Shown piece after piece: positions 1 through 9,866 of a stretch of DNA of 64,000 nucleotides. The notes beneath the pieces were generated by a model. The model ran no database searches. It was not told the DNA's origin and worked only from the letters and a program-made list of their open reading frames with translations. This stretch comes from a bacterium. Its GTDB lineage: Bacteria; Fidelibacterota; Fidelibacteria; Fidelibacterales; Fidelibacteraceae. Every line of letters begins with the position of its first letter. Position 1 is the first letter of the stretch. The stretch covers positions 1,056,001 through 1,120,000 of the forward strand of contig OY781066.1 in assembly GCA_963676395.1 (NCBI GenBank), written 5' to 3'. A program made the translations under genes and the position numbers.

Positions 1-100
1 TCTTCAAACCCAAATACTTTTTCCTTTTAACTTTTTCCTTTTAGCATGAATCATTTTATATTCCCGTGTTATTTGAATTTTACACACACAGGAGTTTAAC

Positions 101-718
101 ATGATTTTAACAGACATTTTGGTCATGATTCTGGCATATCTGATCGGTTCGTTCCCTGCTGCATGGGTCTTGGGGAAGATCTTTGGGGGAAAGAACTATG
201 ATATCCGCCAGCATGGCAGTGGTAATGTCGGCACAACCAATGTTATCAGAAACCTTGGCTGGAAAGCGGGTTTGGTAACCTTTTTACTTGATGCGTTTAA
301 AGGTTTTGCCGTAGCCTTTTGGATGCCACAGCTAATTAGTCAGGAATTTGAAACAGCTAGAGTTATTTTAGCCACTATCGTTCTTATTGGACACACGTAT
401 CCCATCTATATTAATTTTCGTGGCGGGAAAGCCGTTGCAACTACAGCTGGTATTATTTTTGCATTCCGTCCGGAAGTCGGGTTGTTTTGTCTGGCAATTT
501 TTATCATTGTTGTTTTACTTTCAAGACAATCGGGGGTTGGTTCAATATCGGCATCTATTGCCTTTCCAATAGCGAACTTACTATACAAATATGCATTTAA
601 TATGGAAATTTCCAATCAAATGCTATGGTTCAGTATTCTTCTGCCACTCTATATTATTTTCACACATCGTGAAAATATTGCAAAGATTATACGCAAAGAG
701 AATAAAAAGGATTTTTAA
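101..718 (+). CDS. plsY: Glycerol-3-phosphate acyltransferase PlsY
   Basis: YLIGS, GSGNVGTTN, D-x-x-KG, GHTYP..F.GGKAVAT and H.ENI motifs; hydrophobic; AGGAG RBS upstream. Confidence 0.95.
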   Translation: MILTDILVMILAYLIGSFPAAWVLGKIFGGKNYDIRQHGSGNVGTTNVIRNLGWKAGLVTFLLDAFKGFAVAFWMPQLISQEFETARVILATIVLIGHTYPIYINFRGGKAVATTAGIIFAFRPEVGLFCLAIFIIVVLLSRQSGVGSISASIAFPIANLLYKYAFNMEISNQMLWFSILLPLYIIFTHRENIAKIIRKENKKDF

Positions 719-1105
719 ATGCTAGAAGTCGTTGCCGGGATCATAATAAGTGATAAGGGTGTCCTGCTCTGTCAACGACATCATGATTCTCGTCGATTTC
801 CTTTAAAATGGGAATTCCCCGGTGGAAAAGTTGAAGCCGGGGAATCACCCTCTCATGCCATTGTTCGAGAATTGCATGAAGAGCTTGGAATAAATGTTAA
901 AAAAACCAAGCTTCTCTTCGACTATCAATTTGCCTACCCGAACGAGGAAGCTATTCATTTGTACTTTTATAATATTCTAAGCTACTCGGAAAAAATCCAA
1001 GATCTCCAATTTGAAAAAATTGAATGGGTCTCAGCTGAAAATCTTAAAGCATATGACATCCTTAAAGGTGACATGCCTTTTCTTGATCTATATTTTAATT
1101 TTTAA
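719..1105 (+). CDS. NUDIX (d)NTP pyrophosphohydrolase, MutT/NudG family
   Basis: WEFPGGKVEAGES...RELHEELG Nudix box. Confidence 0.9.
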   Translation: MLEVVAGIIISDKGVLLCQRHHDSRRFPLKWEFPGGKVEAGESPSHAIVRELHEELGINVKKTKLLFDYQFAYPNEEAIHLYFYNILSYSEKIQDLQFEKIEWVSAENLKAYDILKGDMPFLDLYFNF

Positions 1106-1107
1106 GC

Positions 1108-3498
1108 TTAATCTTCTATCAGTCTTAATCTTCCATTGAAGAAAGAAATAAGTTTAACTCCGGAGTTAGAACGCGGTCGTTCCGGTAAGAATTCGATCTT
1201 ACGAATAATTCCCGGTGATTCTTCCAGATCTCTTAATTTATTCGATATTTCCCTAGAGGTGTTTCCACCGCTTTCAATAATCTTCATCAAAAGTGTCATG
1301 CTTTCATAACCATAAACATGAATACGACCAGGTTGGATATTGGTTTTTTGAGTGAAATTCTTTGAAAAACGACGCAATTCAATACTTCGTGAATTCCAAT
1401 AATAATCGCTGGCAATAATCATCGAATCAATATTGTTCTTATAACGTTTTAATATACTTTCGTTATACCAATTCCCATCTCCTAACAAAAATGCATCAAA
1501 TCGATTTCTTGCCCATTGAGGAGCAATATATTTTATATGACTTTGTGGAATAGGAAAATATACGGCATCAATGCCATAATTCTCATAAGGAAAAATAAAT
1601 GGGAATAAAGTAGAATCAGTTTCTTTTAACAACCATAAAGCATCAATAGAATCCATCTCAGCCAATTGTTTTTTTAGGGAATCGATCAAAATAAAGTTTA
1701 TGTAAGGTTCAAGCTTATTTGTATCCAATACAATCGGCGCAAAATAATAGTCACCTAGATAACTTGAATCAATGCGTACAGTATCCAATTCATTTAACAA
1801 GCAAGACATCTCAACTTGTAAAGGATCCTCTATTTCATCTAAAAGTATACAAATACTATCTGTGATCAGTGTATTATAACGTTCTTCGACTGTAACTTGC
1901 TCTGACAGCCAATTCTTTGCATGCTCTTTAAGCCTGGTAAAAATTGAATCAGAAGCCATAATCGAATCATTAGCACTTTCCCCATATATCATCACTTCAT
2001 AAATCGCCGGATCATCAGGCCACAGTTCTTCAAGAATAAAAGTCGTATCAATTATAATTACGGTATCTTCTACAGTGGAAAGCAGGTACAGAGAATCAAC
2101 AAAAGAACTATCAAATACCAGACTATCTACAAAAATACTATCCATGATCGCAAACTCTAAACTGTCTTGACTGCTGGTATCTATCTCAAAAAAGCCATTC
2201 TCTTTGGATTCCAAATATCCTTCATAGTAATTAAAATATTTCGGCAGATACTCAGCATCATCTTTTAGTTCTTTAAGCTTGCTGTTAATATTACTGGGAG
2301 TGCCATTATACCAAACATTGTATACAATTTCAGCACCATTGCTTTCTACCTTTTTAGTAAAAGCATTTGTGATATCAATACCATATTCTGTAGATGGTGC
2401 CACAACGGCAAGACGTTCAAATTTCAAGGTGTCCGTAGCATAATCGGCCAAGACCTTTGCTCGTTGTTGCTGTTCCGGATTCAACTGAAAAATCGAAGAT
2501 CCCATTTCAATTAAGTTATCAGCCGTTGCGGTAGGTGCAATTAAGGGAACGCCCGCATATTCGCAAAGCGGAGCCATTGAAACGGCCATTTCACTGGTTA
2601 AAGGACCAATAACAGCAGTGATATTCTGCATGTCCAAAAGAGATTTAAGATTGACCAAACCGACTCGAACATTACTTTCGGTATCTACAATCACCATGTT
2701 CACACGTTTTTTACATTTGCTCCTATAGGATTCAAATGCAAATTTAATGCCTTCTAGTAGTTGATTTCCGGATTTTGCATAACGACCGGTTAATGGTAAA
2801 ACGATTGCAATGTTAATCTCGGGATCCACGTTATTCTTGCTTTTATTAAAATATTTGTGAAGGTCTTTATATTTTTCAATAAAGGGAACCGTACTTAAAT
2901 CACCTTTAACTTCTTGCAGCATTCTTTCTGCGTCGGCAAAATCACCTGAAATAATATCCTTTTCCGCCCAAAGAAGTTTATGATATGTTAGAGACTGAAT
3001 ATTAACAATAAGAGGTGCAAGCATTTCCAGGTCACTGGGTTCAAGGTAATGTCTTGAAAGATCCCAACAGAAACTCCTACTATCTTCACGTAATTCGGGA
3101 TCATCTGTGTGAGACAAAACACGAATAGCAGACAGATAAGCAGGATAATATTGTTTTTTCATTGCCAGGGCTTTGCCTCTCTCAAAAAGCACATCGGGAT
3201 AATAACGACTAGCTTGAAAACGTCTTTCAAACTCTCGGCTATCGTAAACAACCTGATCATAATTACCCAACTCATAATCACATTTTATAAGCATAAATAA
3301 AGAAACCGCAGCAAAAACATTGTCACGTGGAGATTCGGAATCATACACATTCCTAAATACTTCATGCGCTTTTTCGTAAGCACCACGTTGAAAATGCTGT
3401 ACACCTAAATCTACTGTCTTTCGCTGAGCAGCAAATGAAAAAGTAAAAAGCAATATGAGTAATAATAATTGTCTGAAGATCTTGTTACGTCGTTTAAT
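1108..3498 (-). CDS. Exported TPR + type 1 periplasmic-binding (LppC/LivJ-like) protein with acidic insertion; start uncertain (ATT 3498 or TTG 3453)
   Basis: N-terminal TPR-like helices; IAIVLPLTG, VIGPLTS, PLIAPTAT, YGYES motifs; open frame with a signal-peptide n-region extends upstream of 3453. Confidence 0.75.
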   Translation of the reverse strand: MKRRNKIFRQLLLLILLFTFSFAAQRKTVDLGVQHFQRGAYEKAHEVFRNVYDSESPRDNVFAAVSLFMLIKCDYELGNYDQVVYDSREFERRFQASRYYPDVLFERGKALAMKKQYYPAYLSAIRVLSHTDDPELREDSRSFCWDLSRHYLEPSDLEMLAPLIVNIQSLTYHKLLWAEKDIISGDFADAERMLQEVKGDLSTVPFIEKYKDLHKYFNKSKNNVDPEINIAIVLPLTGRYAKSGNQLLEGIKFAFESYRSKCKKRVNMVIVDTESNVRVGLVNLKSLLDMQNITAVIGPLTSEMAVSMAPLCEYAGVPLIAPTATADNLIEMGSSIFQLNPEQQQRAKVLADYATDTLKFERLAVVAPSTEYGIDITNAFTKKVESNGAEIVYNVWYNGTPSNINSKLKELKDDAEYLPKYFNYYEGYLESKENGFFEIDTSSQDSLEFAIMDSIFVDSLVFDSSFVDSLYLLSTVEDTVIIIDTTFILEELWPDDPAIYEVMIYGESANDSIMASDSIFTRLKEHAKNWLSEQVTVEERYNTLITDSICILLDEIEDPLQVEMSCLLNELDTVRIDSSYLGDYYFAPIVLDTNKLEPYINFILIDSLKKQLAEMDSIDALWLLKETDSTLFPFIFPYENYGIDAVYFPIPQSHIKYIAPQWARNRFDAFLLGDGNWYNESILKRYKNNIDSMIIASDYYWNSRSIELRRFSKNFTQKTNIQPGRIHVYGYESMTLLMKIIESGGNTSREISNKLRDLEESPGIIRKIEFLPERPRSNSGVKLISFFNGRLRLIED

Positions 3499-4252
3499 AG
3501 TCTAACCCCATGTTTTTAATATCTTCAAATCTATCGTAAGCGGTCAAATTAAACTGTACCGGCGTTACTGAAATATAATTGTTTTTTAGCACAGTATCAT
3601 CAATTCTTTCATCTTCTTTTCCTTGACGCTTCACACCCGTCATCCAATAATATATTCTATCTTTGGGGTCTTTGCGCTTTTCAAAAGCCTCCTGCCAATG
3701 CGCCATTCCCTGCTCAGTAATTTTAACACCTTTGATTTGTGATGCATCTTTTACATTAGGCATATTTACATTAAGCAAAACACCTTTTGGGCTTCCCTTT
3801 TCAAGAATGGTTTTCACCAAGTGCCGGACAAAAGGTAAAACAGGCTCCCAACTGGGATTATGAAAAGTATCAAGACTCAATGCTATGGCGGGAATCCCGT
3901 TAAAAGTTGCCTCTGCCGCAGCTCCTACGGTTCCCGAATAAATAACATTTAATCCCGAGTTACTACCAAGATTTATCCCGGAAATGACCAAATCGGGTTT
4001 TTCGGACAAAATTTCAGTCAAGGCAAGCTTTACACAATCCGCGGGTGTACCATTTACTGCAACACCTTCAAATAAATCAGTCTTAACATTTCGCACTTGG
4101 ATAGATCTATCAAGCGTTAAGGCATGAGATACCGCAGAACGTTCACCGTCAGGAGCAACCACATCAATTTCAGCGATATCCTGAATTGTTTCATAAAGCT
4201 TATTGATACCCGGAGCAAATATTCCGTCATCATTTACAAGTAAAATTTTCAC
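3494..4252 (-). CDS. surE: 5'/3'-nucleotidase SurE
   Basis: ILLVNDDGI, GTPADCV, SGIN.GSN, YSGTV motifs. Confidence 0.96.
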   Translation of the reverse strand: MKILLVNDDGIFAPGINKLYETIQDIAEIDVVAPDGERSAVSHALTLDRSIQVRNVKTDLFEGVAVNGTPADCVKLALTEILSEKPDLVISGINLGSNSGLNVIYSGTVGAAAEATFNGIPAIALSLDTFHNPSWEPVLPFVRHLVKTILEKGSPKGVLLNVNMPNVKDASQIKGVKITEQGMAHWQEAFEKRKDPKDRIYYWMTGVKRQGKEDERIDDTVLKNNYISVTPVQFNLTAYDRFEDIKNMGLDY

Positions 4253-4695
4253 TGCTTCTGTATCTCCATTGTCATGATCAGCGCATCTGCCTGATCATAT
4301 TGATAATATTTTTTTCGTCTTCCCACTTGCTTGAAATTATTTTTTTCGTAAAACCTGATTGCACTTAAATTATTCTCATTTACCTCTAAGGTAATAAAAG
4401 CCGCATCATGCTGTCGACCAAACGCCAGCATTTTGTCTAACAACTTCTGAGCCAAGCCTTGCCTGCGACAATGTTCATCTACAGCAATGTTATTTAAATG
4501 CATTTCATCGGCAATTAGCCAAAAACAAACATATGCTTTAATCTTATCGTCAACTAATGCTACCCAGTTATGAGATGTTTTGGTATACAGCTCAAAGTAA
4601 AAATGCATCTCTGCCCAAGGTTCATAAAAGGAAGTTCTTTCAATCCTCATTACCTCAAAAACATCGTCGGCATGCATATTGCGAATGTGGACCAT
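4249..4695 (-). CDS. rimI: Ribosomal protein S18 alanine N-acetyltransferase
   Basis: GNAT motifs NIAV...RRQGLA, LEV..N..A..FY, RKKYY; next to tsaB. Confidence 0.9.
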   Translation of the reverse strand: MVHIRNMHADDVFEVMRIERTSFYEPWAEMHFYFELYTKTSHNWVALVDDKIKAYVCFWLIADEMHLNNIAVDEHCRRQGLAQKLLDKMLAFGRQHDAAFITLEVNENNLSAIRFYEKNNFKQVGRRKKYYQYDQADALIMTMEIQKQ

Positions 4696-4697
4696 GA

Positions 4698-5342
4698 TTA
4701 CTCAGACTTCCATTCCTTGGGCTTATAAGCCATACCATATTCCAACACCAACGAATCATAGTCAGTACCGGCACTTTCATTTTTATATTTCAAATAGTAA
4801 TCGGCCATCATTGAAGCCATAATATCCTGCTCAACAATAGGAATGTTTTCCACCTCGGGTAAAGGATCATTACAAATGATCTGCGTACAATCAGGATACC
4901 ATTCGGCTATATCTTTAATTTGACCATAACGGATCTCTATTTCGCTAACAGGATCATGATATGCTGCCGTATAGATATAATCTTTATGTGAACGAATGAC
5001 CCATAAAGGTTTATTGCGAAGATCTGCTTTGTTCAATGTTGCATCCATATATGCTGTCATGGTATTTACTCCGGCCAGAGGAATACGATGAGGATATACC
5101 AACCCTTTTGCAAAACTCATACCTATCCTTAACCCGGTAAAAGAGCCGGGGCCGGCAGAAACAACCACAGCTTTAAGCTTTGGTACTCTAATTTTCTGTT
5201 CCTGAAACAGTTGATCGACAAGTCCGACTAATTTTTCAGCATGTACTCGAGCTTCTTTTAAATGAAGCTCAGCTATAAGCTCTCCATTCTCATGTAAGGA
5301 AGCACCACAAATTAGGGATGACGTTTCTAATGCCAAGATCAT
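4698..5342 (-). CDS. tsaB: tRNA t6A biosynthesis protein TsaB
   Basis: ILALETS, HAEKL, GPGSFTGLRIG. Confidence 0.95.
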   Translation of the reverse strand: MILALETSSLICGASLHENGELIAELHLKEARVHAEKLVGLVDQLFQEQKIRVPKLKAVVVSAGPGSFTGLRIGMSFAKGLVYPHRIPLAGVNTMTAYMDATLNKADLRNKPLWVIRSHKDYIYTAAYHDPVSEIEIRYGQIKDIAEWYPDCTQIICNDPLPEVENIPIVEQDIMASMMADYYLKYKNESAGTDYDSLVLEYGMAYKPKEWKSE

Positions 5343-5786
5343 TTATAACTCCAATTCTCTGGGCGAACGGACCTCGATCCGACGCTCTTTATCATCAATA
5401 TACTCTAAATGCAATTCTATCGTATCATTCGGGACATGAGGTCCAATCTGCTCAGGCCATTCAATAAGCACAATACCGTCTTTTACCAGATACTCCTCAA
5501 AGCCCAGCATAATAATCTCATCAGGGTGTTTAATACGATAACAATCAAAATGAAAAATAGGAAGATCACCATAATACTCATTAATAAGCGTAAAAGTAGG
5601 TGACGTAGCTTCCTGATCGGCCTTTAAATATTCACACACACCTTTTGTGAATGTTGTTTTCCCCGCAGCAAGATCGCCCCAAAGTGTGATCACATCGTTG
5701 GCTTCCAGTAAAGCTGCAAACTTGCGACCAAAGGCTATTGTTTCTTCGGGAGACTCGGTTTTTATAATGTAAGTATGCTTTTTCAT
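5343..5786 (-). CDS. tsaE: tRNA t6A biosynthesis ATPase TsaE
   Basis: GDLAAGKTTF, SPTFTL, HFDCYR, LIEW. Confidence 0.96.
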   Translation of the reverse strand: MKKHTYIIKTESPEETIAFGRKFAALLEANDVITLWGDLAAGKTTFTKGVCEYLKADQEATSPTFTLINEYYGDLPIFHFDCYRIKHPDEIIMLGFEEYLVKDGIVLIEWPEQIGPHVPNDTIELHLEYIDDKERRIEVRSPRELEL

Positions 5787-7351
5787 CGTTTTGGACTCAA
5801 TTTTGCAACAGGTAGGATCATTTCATCCATGGAAATACCACCATGCTGAAATGTACCAGGATATTGTTTCTCGTATTTTTTTATATTGTTCGGATATAAA
5901 AAGAAATAATCGTCTTTAGCAAAGATATAAGTACTGGTCAAATTTGTTTGAGGCAATCTGTATCGGGCGGTATCTTTTACAAAAACCGCGGCTTTACTGG
6001 AGACAACTAAATTTCGTCCGCTTTTGTATCGAACCGAGTCTGTTGAATCTCGGTCAGCCTTTACAACTGACCCTTTGTTCACCCTGATACTACCATGATC
6101 CGAAGTGACCACAACTTCAAAACCTGCGTCTCCCGCTTCTTCTATAATACGACGAAGGTATGAGCCTTCCATCCAATTTCTTACAACATTTCGATAGCCG
6201 GCTTCATCCGGTACGATCTCCATTAATACATCGGAGGCCGAACGCTTATGCGCAAGAATATCCACAAAATTAGCAACCAAAACAATCAGATCATTATTCT
6301 TGATATCGGAAAAACGATTTGCAAGATTATCGCCGTATTTTGAATCGGATACTTTATGAAATGAATGTCCTTTTTTTAAATGTAATCTTTCTTTCCTTAA
6401 ATAATCGGTGATCAACTTATCTTCATAGCGGTTCATGCTTTCTTCGCTATCGGGATTTGCATAAAGATCAGGATATTTGACATTAATGGCATCCGGGTAC
6501 ATCCCGGCAAAAATTGCATTTCTAGAGTAAGGTGTTGCCGTAGGTAAAATTGAAATATGCGAATTCAATTCAACGTCAAATTGATTATAGAATAACGGTG
6601 CAACAGCCAACCAATGATCATACCTAAGACAATCGATTAGCACAAACAACGTTTTTTTCCCTTTTTTAAGAAGAGGACTGACAAACTTATCAAGCACCTG
6701 GGGTGACATAGGGACATCGGGCGAATGTTGTACCCAGTCTACATATTTATCACTAACCAATCGTTGGAATTCTTTGTTTGCGGATTCATGCAATTCATTT
6801 AAAAAATGTTCAAGATCATACTGAGTATTCTTTGCAAATTCTATACGCCAACTTGCGATCCTATCATGAATTGTAGACCATCGCTCCAATGAATTGATCC
6901 CTTCGAACAATTCCATAGTTACATTTTGGTAAAAGCTCATAAATTCGCGAGCTTTAACTTCTCGGGATATATCGGCTGAATCTAAATTCTTCTTTAAGGA
7001 CAATAAAACTTGCGAAGGGTTGATGGGTTTGGTGAGGTAATCAGATATTTCTTTACCAATCGCATCCTCCATCAAAGATTCTTCTTCGTTTTTTGTGATC
7101 ATGATCGCCGGCATACCGGGACGAAGTTCTCTGATTTTTTCCAGAACCGCTAAACCATCAAGCCCGTCCATCATTTCATCTAAAAGAGCGGCAGATACAT
7201 ATTCATGCTTAATAATTTCTAAAGCATCAACACCATTGGTCGCTGTTTTCACTTCGTATCCCTTTTCTTCAAGGAACATGATATGCGGACGCAACAATTG
7301 AATTTCGTCATCTACCCATAAAATCGTATGTTTGTTCGTGTTTTCTGTCAT
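5783..7351 (-). CDS. porX: PorX-like response regulator (receiver + PglZ/alkaline-phosphatase domain)
   Basis: ILWVDDE receiver; IDCLRYD, LPTATPYSRNAIF, TSDHG, FQHGGIS motifs; sits directly upstream of tsaE as in Bacteroidota. Confidence 0.88.
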   Translation of the reverse strand: MTENTNKHTILWVDDEIQLLRPHIMFLEEKGYEVKTATNGVDALEIIKHEYVSAALLDEMMDGLDGLAVLEKIRELRPGMPAIMITKNEEESLMEDAIGKEISDYLTKPINPSQVLLSLKKNLDSADISREVKAREFMSFYQNVTMELFEGINSLERWSTIHDRIASWRIEFAKNTQYDLEHFLNELHESANKEFQRLVSDKYVDWVQHSPDVPMSPQVLDKFVSPLLKKGKKTLFVLIDCLRYDHWLAVAPLFYNQFDVELNSHISILPTATPYSRNAIFAGMYPDAINVKYPDLYANPDSEESMNRYEDKLITDYLRKERLHLKKGHSFHKVSDSKYGDNLANRFSDIKNNDLIVLVANFVDILAHKRSASDVLMEIVPDEAGYRNVVRNWMEGSYLRRIIEEAGDAGFEVVVTSDHGSIRVNKGSVVKADRDSTDSVRYKSGRNLVVSSKAAVFVKDTARYRLPQTNLTSTYIFAKDDYFFLYPNNIKKYEKQYPGTFQHGGISMDEMILPVAKLSPKR

Positions 7352-7565
7352 TTGGCTAATTTACTCCTAAAATTGATTGATACAAAGTGATTTGCGCAGG
7401 ACTGTTGTATTTATTCAAGGGGTCAATTCTTTGTTCCCGAATCCTAAAAAGTATATAATCTGATGCCTGGAGCTATTGAGCTCATAACCCACATACTTAT
7501 TTCGATTTATCTTTGTCGATTTGTATTATTTGCGTAATATATCTTTTGGTAAACACGGATAACTA

Positions 7566-8528
7566 ATGGGTAAACTGTCTAATCCTCCTGTCTTTCAGGG
7601 GTCCCTCAGCAAAAAATCGTATTTTGAAGGTTGGTACATAAAATGTCTCAGCGATGACCTCAGTTCGTCCATAGCTTTTATTCCGGGCATTTCGCTCGGC
7701 AAAGATCCGCATGCATTTATTCAGATTAATCGCTCAGATAACCAAAGCCAATATTTACGCTTCCCGATAGACTCATTCACATTCGAAAAAAACATGTTCG
7801 CGGTAGCGATAGAAAACAACTACTTTTCTGATCGTGGACTAAAGCTTTCTTGCAGAAACTCCGATATTTCTTTAACCGGCGAATTGGTGTTTGACAATGT
7901 TCAAACATATCCTTCCCGTTTTTTAGCACCCGGCATCATGGGGGTATTTACCTACATCCCCTTTATGCAATGCTACCATGGCGTCGTATCTATGCGTCAT
8001 CGCATCAAAGGTGTATTAAGTATCGATGGTGAAGATCTAGGCTTTGAAAATGGTATTGGCTATATAGAAAAAGACTGGGGCCGCTCATTTCCGGAGTCCT
8101 GGGTTTGGATGCAGGCCAATCCTTTTCAAGATTCCGAAACTACTTTTATGCTTTCTATTGCAAAAGTCCCTTGGATGGGTGTATGGTTTACCGGCATGAT
8201 CGGATTTTTAAACGATGGAAAAAACACCTACCGCTTCGCTACCTATCTGGGTGATAGCGTTTCTTTTCTGGAAGAAGATGACGGTGGTGTTTATATTCAT
8301 GTTAAAGGACCTAAATATCATCTTCGTGTCTATGGTGAATTCGGTGAAGGTGGTGCGCTGCTCGCCCCCACAAAAGGACAAATGTCGCGCACTATCAAAG
8401 AAAGCTTAAATTCCACCCTACATGTAGAACTTACCGATAAACGCCATAATGTGATCTTTCACGACACCTCACATATTGCAGGTTTGGAAATTTGCGGTGA
8501 TGTTGAAAAGTTATGCCCAAATCAATAA
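7566..8528 (+). CDS. Tocopherol cyclase family protein
   Basis: YFEGWY, IMG.F, CYHGVVSM, GYIEKDWGRSFP.SW.W motifs. Confidence 0.85.
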   Translation: MGKLSNPPVFQGSLSKKSYFEGWYIKCLSDDLSSSIAFIPGISLGKDPHAFIQINRSDNQSQYLRFPIDSFTFEKNMFAVAIENNYFSDRGLKLSCRNSDISLTGELVFDNVQTYPSRFLAPGIMGVFTYIPFMQCYHGVVSMRHRIKGVLSIDGEDLGFENGIGYIEKDWGRSFPESWVWMQANPFQDSETTFMLSIAKVPWMGVWFTGMIGFLNDGKNTYRFATYLGDSVSFLEEDDGGVYIHVKGPKYHLRVYGEFGEGGALLAPTKGQMSRTIKESLNSTLHVELTDKRHNVIFHDTSHIAGLEICGDVEKLCPNQ

Positions 8529-8531
8529 AGC

Positions 8532-9866
8532 TTATTTTACTTGCATAGTTAATTGTACCCCTTCGGATCGAATCAGAATTCCAATGATCACTTTTTCAAA
8601 TTGATATTCATAAACCAAATCCAAAAACATGCCTTCGTTATATCCGGCTTTGCGAATGGAATAACTCGAGCAACTTAAGGGGCGTAAATAATAAAGATCA
8701 CTTTTTGCTCCTGCACTTTGACTAACCTGAACCAACAATTTATTTCTGCTATTTACATATGAAACACGACAAAAAGCAGTGTAAGAATAAACATCAAACA
8801 CATTATTTTGTATCTGGACAGCTAATTTAATTTTTTTACTAACCTTTGCTTTAATTCCAAATTTTAATATGATCTGTTGACGATATTGCCACTGCAATAA
8901 ATAGGGAAAATCATCAGAATTGCTTAACTCGGCACGGTATCTGTAATTGCATGCGACACTCATATTGATCTTTTTGTATCGTGCAGATAAATCAACCAGA
9001 ATTTTATCTTCACTTACTCTTTCACCATAAACTCTGGTCGCTGACATTCTTAGTTTTACACGAGTTTTCTCACAAGATATTCCCGCAGACAATCCGTATC
9101 CTCCCGCTTTTAATGCCGAACCCCACTTGCTATCACTTTTTAATGCTTTAAAATTCTTTCCCAGATACACTGAAGATAAGTATAGCTTTACCTTCCTTTC
9201 ACGATAAAATAAATCACTCATCAGGTGGTTCACTCCAAACTCGCTCAACGAAAGATCGATCCCTAAGCGACAATTCTTTTTAGCATACTGAAAATAACTT
9301 TCGATGGTACAGGTATCTAAAAAATATATAAATGTACCGGCATTTATATTATTGTGATCATAATTAATTCCACTTACATATCGATCGTCCCAACGAAAAA
9401 AACTCAAACTAAGATCTCGATAGCAGCCTCTTATAACAACTATATCCTTATGATAAAAATTATTTTGTATTCTGCATTTTGCTTTGTACAAACCAACATT
9501 TGTTGTCGGATCTGCCGTAAAACCCATCATTGTATTTCCAAGCAAAACCCCACAAGCAATATGTGGCAATCCATGTCCACGCATAATCGAAAAATATTTT
9601 CCTTCGTATGCAAACGAACAACAGTGCTTAATACCACTCCCATCTCCCTCACTTAATTGATAAAGATCAAAATGTCCCCGACTAATGTGGGCTTTTGCAC
9701 GGTATAGCAGCTGTTCTCCCATCGTTAAACGACAACTTAACTGTCCCATATCTTCTGTTTCTTGAAAAAACTGCTTTGATAATAATTCCGGGTATAAATC
9801 ATTCTGTGCATTTGCAAACCAAAAAACCGGAAGCAGGTAAAGTATTCTCCAATACTTAAAGAACAT
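8532..9866 (-). CDS. Hypothetical exported beta-rich protein; distant resemblance to Bacteroidota ComEA-associated outer-membrane proteins
   Basis: Probable start ATG 9866 (MFFKYWRILYLLPVFWFANA signal peptide) overlapping the upstream gene end; family resemblance is from memory only. Confidence 0.5.
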   Translation of the reverse strand: MFFKYWRILYLLPVFWFANAQNDLYPELLSKQFFQETEDMGQLSCRLTMGEQLLYRAKAHISRGHFDLYQLSEGDGSGIKHCCSFAYEGKYFSIMRGHGLPHIACGVLLGNTMMGFTADPTTNVGLYKAKCRIQNNFYHKDIVVIRGCYRDLSLSFFRWDDRYVSGINYDHNNINAGTFIYFLDTCTIESYFQYAKKNCRLGIDLSLSEFGVNHLMSDLFYRERKVKLYLSSVYLGKNFKALKSDSKWGSALKAGGYGLSAGISCEKTRVKLRMSATRVYGERVSEDKILVDLSARYKKINMSVACNYRYRAELSNSDDFPYLLQWQYRQQIILKFGIKAKVSKKIKLAVQIQNNVFDVYSYTAFCRVSYVNSRNKLLVQVSQSAGAKSDLYYLRPLSCSSYSIRKAGYNEGMFLDLVYEYQFEKVIIGILIRSEGVQLTMQVK

